Below are positions 59,572-64,000 of a stretch of 64,000 nucleotides of DNA, piece by piece. Below the pieces are notes generated by a model that was not told where the DNA came from, made no database searches, and saw only the letters and a program-made list of their open reading frames with translations. This DNA is from Gemmatimonadaceae bacterium (GTDB lineage: Bacteria; Gemmatimonadota; Gemmatimonadetes; Gemmatimonadales; Gemmatimonadaceae), in the NCBI GenBank assembly GCA_051859245.1, contig JBHYGA010000001.1, positions 128,001 to 192,000 of the forward strand, read 5' to 3'. The position numbers and the translations under genes were made by a program. The first letter of the stretch is position 1, and each line of letters opens with the position of its first letter.

Positions 59572-62025
59572 TCAGCTGGCCCGGACGAGTTGGCCGCCCT
59601 CGCCTGCGACATATGGCACCCAGGCCAGCGCCACCAACTGCACGTGCACATCGGTACTCTTGGGTCGCACGACAATCTCTACCAGCTGGTCGGCCAGCGC
59701 GTCGTAGCCCGCGGATTCCAGCGCCAGTTCTTCCGTGATGCGCGCTTCCAGCGCGGCTAACTCGGCCTGAGCCGCCTCGTGGTTTTGTGTGGCCCGCGCC
59801 ACGTCTCCGGACTGCTTTTGCGAACGACCCATGCTGCGTGCCGCGGTCCCGATTTTGCCAACGTTCGTGGCGCTCAGCTTCTTGCGGGAGAAGAGCGCGC
59901 CCAACACGGCGCCGCCAATGACCAGTGCGGTGTCAAGCTTTGACGACGACGCGGCCGTGGTGCGCTGTTCAATGGCCTGTTCCGTTTTGCGCACTTTCTC
60001 TTGCGCAGACTGCACGCGCGCGGCGTACTTCTGTCGCACTTTTTCGAGCCGGGCGTCGCTGGCTTCCCGCGCGGCGAGTTGCAATCGCGCACGAAACGCG
60101 CCCTCGGTTTCACCAACGGTTGACACCAGCTTGAGCGCCTTGCTCTGAAACAGTGTGATCACATCGTTGGTGGTGATGAACTTTTGCAGTGTGCGCGACC
60201 ACGTCGCGTAGCTCTTGGCAGTCGCGGCGAGCTTTGGTACCGAGTCGTACGTCGCACCGGGGAGTGCGTCGCGCGTCAGCAGGTCGAGATCCAGTGCAAC
60301 CAGCTCCGCGTCGTTCCAGTCGAGTGTGAGCATGGAATCATCGAGCGGCAGGATGCGCGTGAGTGTGCGCTGTTCGGCGAGACCAAGCTTGGTTTGGTGG
60401 TACGACACATCGGCGCTGCCGAGCAGTGCGGGGCGCCACGAGATAAGCGCGGAGCTCACGCGCGTGGGCATCCACACCTGCAAAATCTCGGTTGGCAAAA
60501 CCGGTGCTTGTGCACTCGCGGGACGTGCGGCGTTGGCCACCGATAGCGCGCCGGAAGCAGCCGCTGTTGCTACAGGTGTCGCAGCATTTGTCGCAGCAGG
60601 AGCCGCTGACGCCGCGGGTGACGTTGTGCCGAGCCGTCGAATCTGCTCGCGCGTCATGGGGCCCGCGAGATATGACAATGCCCAACGCGTCTCGAATACG
60701 GTTGGCTGATTCTCGTGCACGCTATGCATGAGAAACACGCGTTTGCCCAGTCCCGAAATCGTGCGTTCCATTGCGTTGCGATCAAACGGCGCGTTGCCCG
60801 AGGCGCCGGCAAGTCCGTCCATCACACGATTCTTGTCTTGTTCTGTTTGCAGTCGGCCAATGAACCAGATTCCGGTGTTCGACAGCCCCTTGTAGTCGAG
60901 ATCCACCGGGTTCTGCGTGGACAACACCACGCCCAATCCAAACGCCCGCGCCTGTTTCAGCAGTGTGAGCAACAACTGTTTGGACGGCGGGTTCGCAACC
61001 GGCGGCATGTAGCCGAACAGTTCGTCGATATACAGAATGGCGCGCAGTGAGCCCGTGCCGGGTTGTTGCCGCATCCACGCGATGAGATCGGCCAGCAGCA
61101 TGGTCACAAAGAACATGCGTTCTGCGTCAGCCAGATGCGCGATCGACAACACGGAAACCCGAGGCTTGCCATTGGGCGCGTACAGCAGCGCTCCCGCATC
61201 GAGCGCGTCACCTTGCATCCAGGCTTGGAATCCGGGCGCGGCGAGCAGATTGTTCAGTCGCATCGCGAGGGCGGTGCGATCCTTGTCCGGAAACACCGTG
61301 TCGAGCGGCATGACGCCGATCTGTGAAAACGGCGGGTTCTGAATCGCCCCGATGAGCGCCGCGAGATCGAGGTCGGTGCCGTTGCTCCAGAAGTGCGAAA
61401 ACACGTTCGCGAGCAGAATGTGTTCTCGGCTGCTGATCGGATCGGCGTCAATGCCGAGTAGGGCAAGCAGTCCAGTGGCAGTTGTGTTGACGCGCTCCGC
61501 AAATGCTTCGGTGTCGTCGCGGACAACTGCGGGCGGGGCCGCAAATCCCTTGAGCAGCGAGATTGGTCGGCCCGCAGTGCTGCCGGGTGTGTACAGCGTG
61601 ACTTCGGCGGCGTCGCGCAGGCGCTGAATGCGCGCGCCATCCTGCCCCCACTCCGCCAGACCACTATTCCAGCGCGCGGCCATGGCTTCCGCGAATGCTT
61701 CCGGCGTTTGTCCCGCTGTGGACGCTTGCTGGGCGTCCACCCACGGCGCGAAATCGCTTGGGCGCAGGGAGGGAAAGGTGAGCGCGATGTTTCCGAGATC
61801 ACCCTTTGGATCAATGGCAATCACCGGAATGTGATCGATCGCTGCTTCTTCAAGCAGCCCGATGCCGAGTCCCGTTTTGCCGCTGCCGGTCATGCCGATG
61901 ATCACGGCGTGTGTCGTGAAATCTTTCGCGTCGAGCAGCACCAGGTCTTCGCGCCGAGTGCGTGTTTCAAGGTCAAACTCGCGGCCGGCGTAGAACGCGC
62001 CAAGTTTTTCGTAGTCGTGATTCAT
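59572..62025 (-). CDS. HerA/FtsK-superfamily ATPase (DUF87/DUF853-like) with C-terminal coiled coil
   Basis: THAVIIGMTGSGKT Walker A; IDPKGD; LYIDE Walker B; KQARAFG Arg finger; STQNPVDLDY. Confidence 0.85.
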   Translation of the reverse strand: MNHDYEKLGAFYAGREFDLETRTRREDLVLLDAKDFTTHAVIIGMTGSGKTGLGIGLLEEAAIDHIPVIAIDPKGDLGNIALTFPSLRPSDFAPWVDAQQASTAGQTPEAFAEAMAARWNSGLAEWGQDGARIQRLRDAAEVTLYTPGSTAGRPISLLKGFAAPPAVVRDDTEAFAERVNTTATGLLALLGIDADPISSREHILLANVFSHFWSNGTDLDLAALIGAIQNPPFSQIGVMPLDTVFPDKDRTALAMRLNNLLAAPGFQAWMQGDALDAGALLYAPNGKPRVSVLSIAHLADAERMFFVTMLLADLIAWMRQQPGTGSLRAILYIDELFGYMPPVANPPSKQLLLTLLKQARAFGLGVVLSTQNPVDLDYKGLSNTGIWFIGRLQTEQDKNRVMDGLAGASGNAPFDRNAMERTISGLGKRVFLMHSVHENQPTVFETRWALSYLAGPMTREQIRRLGTTSPAASAAPAATNAATPVATAAASGALSVANAARPASAQAPVLPTEILQVWMPTRVSSALISWRPALLGSADVSYHQTKLGLAEQRTLTRILPLDDSMLTLDWNDAELVALDLDLLTRDALPGATYDSVPKLAATAKSYATWSRTLQKFITTNDVITLFQSKALKLVSTVGETEGAFRARLQLAAREASDARLEKVRQKYAARVQSAQEKVRKTEQAIEQRTTAASSSKLDTALVIGGAVLGALFSRKKLSATNVGKIGTAARSMGRSQKQSGDVARATQNHEAAQAELAALEARITEELALESAGYDALADQLVEIVVRPKSTDVHVQLVALAWVPYVAGEGGQLVRAS

Positions 62026-62034
62026 GGGCAGAAT

Positions 62035-62799
62035 TTATCGTAACGCAATACGCGCGGTGCCTGGCACATCCGCTCCTGGATACACGGCCACGCTGGAGCC
62101 ATCGGCGAGAAACGTCGACACCGGTGGCTCTGACAACGGCGCAACCCACGGCTGACCGTAGAGTCCGGCAATGTCGGCCTCAAGAAAGCACTCCGCAAGC
62201 ATGGCAATATTCCAGCGCGGATGCTCTACGCGGTACTCGCGCGTGGCGCGCGAACCCCGCCCGGTGTAGCCCCAATAATGCTCGGCGATAAACTCTTCCA
62301 CGGAGCCTGCACGCATTGGTCGCGGATCACCCACGGCCAGACCAACCGCGCGCTCCCACTCCCCGTCACGCTCCCACTCGAAGAGCACGGTGCGGCGCGA
62401 GTTGCCGTCGTCATCACGAACGCTTGAGGTGTGCGCCTCTCGCATGGGCAGTGCCACATACGGTTCGCCATAGACGCGACGGGCCACCATCGCGATAGCC
62501 GATCGGGGCACGATTTCTTTGACGAACACCACGCCACGGCGAATCTCGCCGTCGGGACCGGTTCGCTTCACGTAGAAACGCAAATTGACTTCGGGGAACC
62601 GGGTGTGAAACGGAATCGCAACGCCTCGCACACGCACGGACTCAAAGCGAAACGCAACCACGCTGGCAAGCGCCTGTCCCTGCCACAGGTCGAGTTCAAG
62701 GCCGCGCGGCAGCAGTGAGGCAAGTAATCGTTGGTCCACCGCCCAGGTAAGCATGAGCAGATCGCGCCACTCGGCCGTGAGAAAGGGAGACTCCTTCAT
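62035..62799 (-). CDS. DUF2071 (YqjF-like) protein
   Basis: FLTAEWRDL, FPEVNLRFYV, RGVVF, FIAEHYWGY, VEHPRW. Confidence 0.88.
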   Translation of the reverse strand: MKESPFLTAEWRDLLMLTWAVDQRLLASLLPRGLELDLWQGQALASVVAFRFESVRVRGVAIPFHTRFPEVNLRFYVKRTGPDGEIRRGVVFVKEIVPRSAIAMVARRVYGEPYVALPMREAHTSSVRDDDGNSRRTVLFEWERDGEWERAVGLAVGDPRPMRAGSVEEFIAEHYWGYTGRGSRATREYRVEHPRWNIAMLAECFLEADIAGLYGQPWVAPLSEPPVSTFLADGSSVAVYPGADVPGTARIALR

Positions 62800-64000
62800 T
62801 CATTGACCGTTGAGTTTGGCCAGCAGCGCATTGACATCATTCATGGTGAAGGGTTTTTGCAGGAATCCGGAGATGGTGAGCTCGCCAAGGCCGCTTGAGA
62901 CGTCTTGCTCGCTGTAGCCACTCATCAGGAACACCGGCACAGCGGGTCGCGATTCTTTCCGTTCCGACTCACGAATCCGCTGCAGCACTTCAATGCCGGA
63001 CAATCCGGGCATCGTGAGGTCAAGCAGCACGAAACGATACGGTTCCACCGCCGTGGCGAGCCGATCAAGCGCATCACGGCCACACTCCACGCTTTCCACG
63101 GTATAGCCACGTCGCGACAACAGTGCGGCGCAGACCCCGCGTACCACGCGGTCGTCATCGACCACCAACACGCGTCCGCCGCGCAACTCGGTGCGCGCGT
63201 CCTGCGATGAGGCTGGTGCTTGCACGGCGTCTTCGGCGACCGGGAATGACAGGCGAATGTGTGTGCCTTTGCCCGGAGCGGTCATAACAGTGATGCTCCC
63301 GTGGTGGCCACGCACTATGCCAAGCGTGGCGGCGAGGCCAAGACCGCGCCCCGTGAACTTTGTGGTGAAGAATGGATCGAACATCCGCTCGGCAACATCA
63401 CGCTCCATTCCGCTCCCTGAGTCAATCACGTCGAGATGTAATGCCAACTCACCAGCCCGGAGTTCGCCAAATGTGAGTTCGTCCGGCAACGGCGCCTCAT
63501 GCGGTCCGTGCGATGTGCGCACAATCACCGAACCGGCACGTCCTTGCAACGCATCCGAAGCATTGGTAATCAGATTCATGATCACCTGGCGCAGTTGTGT
63601 CGCGTCTCCGTACATCAAGGGCGGAGCGGTGTCGAGTGTCAGCTGCAACGTAGCATCTTTGCTCACCACGGTTCGCAGCAGTTGCGACATTTCTGACGCG
63701 AGCGCGGTCAGATCCAGTGGTTCCACCACAAATCGCCCCTTGCCTGAGTACGCAAGCAGTTGACGCGTAAGGTCCGCCGCGCGTTGAGCCGTACGCTCAA
63801 TTTCGAGTACGACATGCCGAGCCGGCGCGGATTCATCGAGGTCCAGCAGCGCGAGTGATGCGTTTGACAGCACACCAACCAGCAAGTTGTTGAAGTCGTG
63901 CGCGATGCCACCGGCGAGCAGGCCGAGCGATTCGAGTTTTTGTGCGTGGTGGATCTGCGATTCCAGTCGAAGCCGTTCTTCGTCCTGCAGGACACGATCC
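62800..64000 (-). CDS. Hybrid sensor histidine kinase/receiver (CckA-like); 5'-truncated
   Basis: H box GGIAHDFNNLL read at ~63885-63915; NLITNA, DSGSGM, FDPFFTTK, GLGL; receiver VVDDD, LLDLTMP, KPF. Confidence 0.93.
   Translation of the reverse strand, partial: DRVLQDEERLRLESQIHHAQKLESLGLLAGGIAHDFNNLLVGVLSNASLALLDLDESAPARHVVLEIERTAQRAADLTRQLLAYSGKGRFVVEPLDLTALASEMSQLLRTVVSKDATLQLTLDTAPPLMYGDATQLRQVIMNLITNASDALQGRAGSVIVRTSHGPHEAPLPDELTFGELRAGELALHLDVIDSGSGMERDVAERMFDPFFTTKFTGRGLGLAATLGIVRGHHGSITVMTAPGKGTHIRLSFPVAEDAVQAPASSQDARTELRGGRVLVVDDDRVVRGVCAALLSRRGYTVESVECGRDALDRLATAVEPYRFVLLDLTMPGLSGIEVLQRIRESERKESRPAVPVFLMSGYSEQDVSSGLGELTISGFLQKPFTMNDVNALLAKLNGQ

Noticed and set aside
59572..62025. 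Anti-phage HerA or conjugative VirB4/VirD4 system
   Set aside because: No nuclease, SIR2 or T4SS partners, and no island features.
1..64000. CRISPR arrays, tRNA/rRNA, transposases, integrases, prophage
   Set aside because: No spaced direct repeats, tRNA arms or relevant protein motifs were seen on reading; short or degenerate elements could be missed by eye.

Overview
GC-rich, gene-dense bacterial chromosomal window. Gene content (SusC/SusD-like pairs, barrel-less plug proteins, ADOP permease, VPS10-type propellers, many Tat/lipoprotein substrates) suggests Gemmatimonadota; this is an inference. About 49 CDS. Clearly recognisable: a complete Na+-NQR operon (nqrABCDEF-apbE-nqrM), Ada/AlkA + Ogt alkylation repair, two SusC/SusD-like pairs, a MacAB-like ABC exporter, a Na+:solute symporter, a GMC dehydrogenase operon, a multicopper oxidase and a HerA-like ATPase behind a hybrid kinase. 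No rRNA, tRNA, CRISPR, transposase or phage genes were seen. Most interesting: (1) a radical SAM enzyme with tetraether-synthase (Tes/MJ0619)-family motifs coupled to a secreted DUF547 protein; (2) an apparently all-exported FAD oxidase + PAL-like propeller + RidA module beside a SusCD pair; (3) two TonB plug-domain proteins with no barrel; (4) a 175-bp inverted-repeat element at the alkA stop codon; (5) a 34-aa membrane peptide missed by the ORF track; (6) recurrent leaderless-type TANNNT-N5/6-ATG starts. All calls come from motif recognition by eye; no searches were run.
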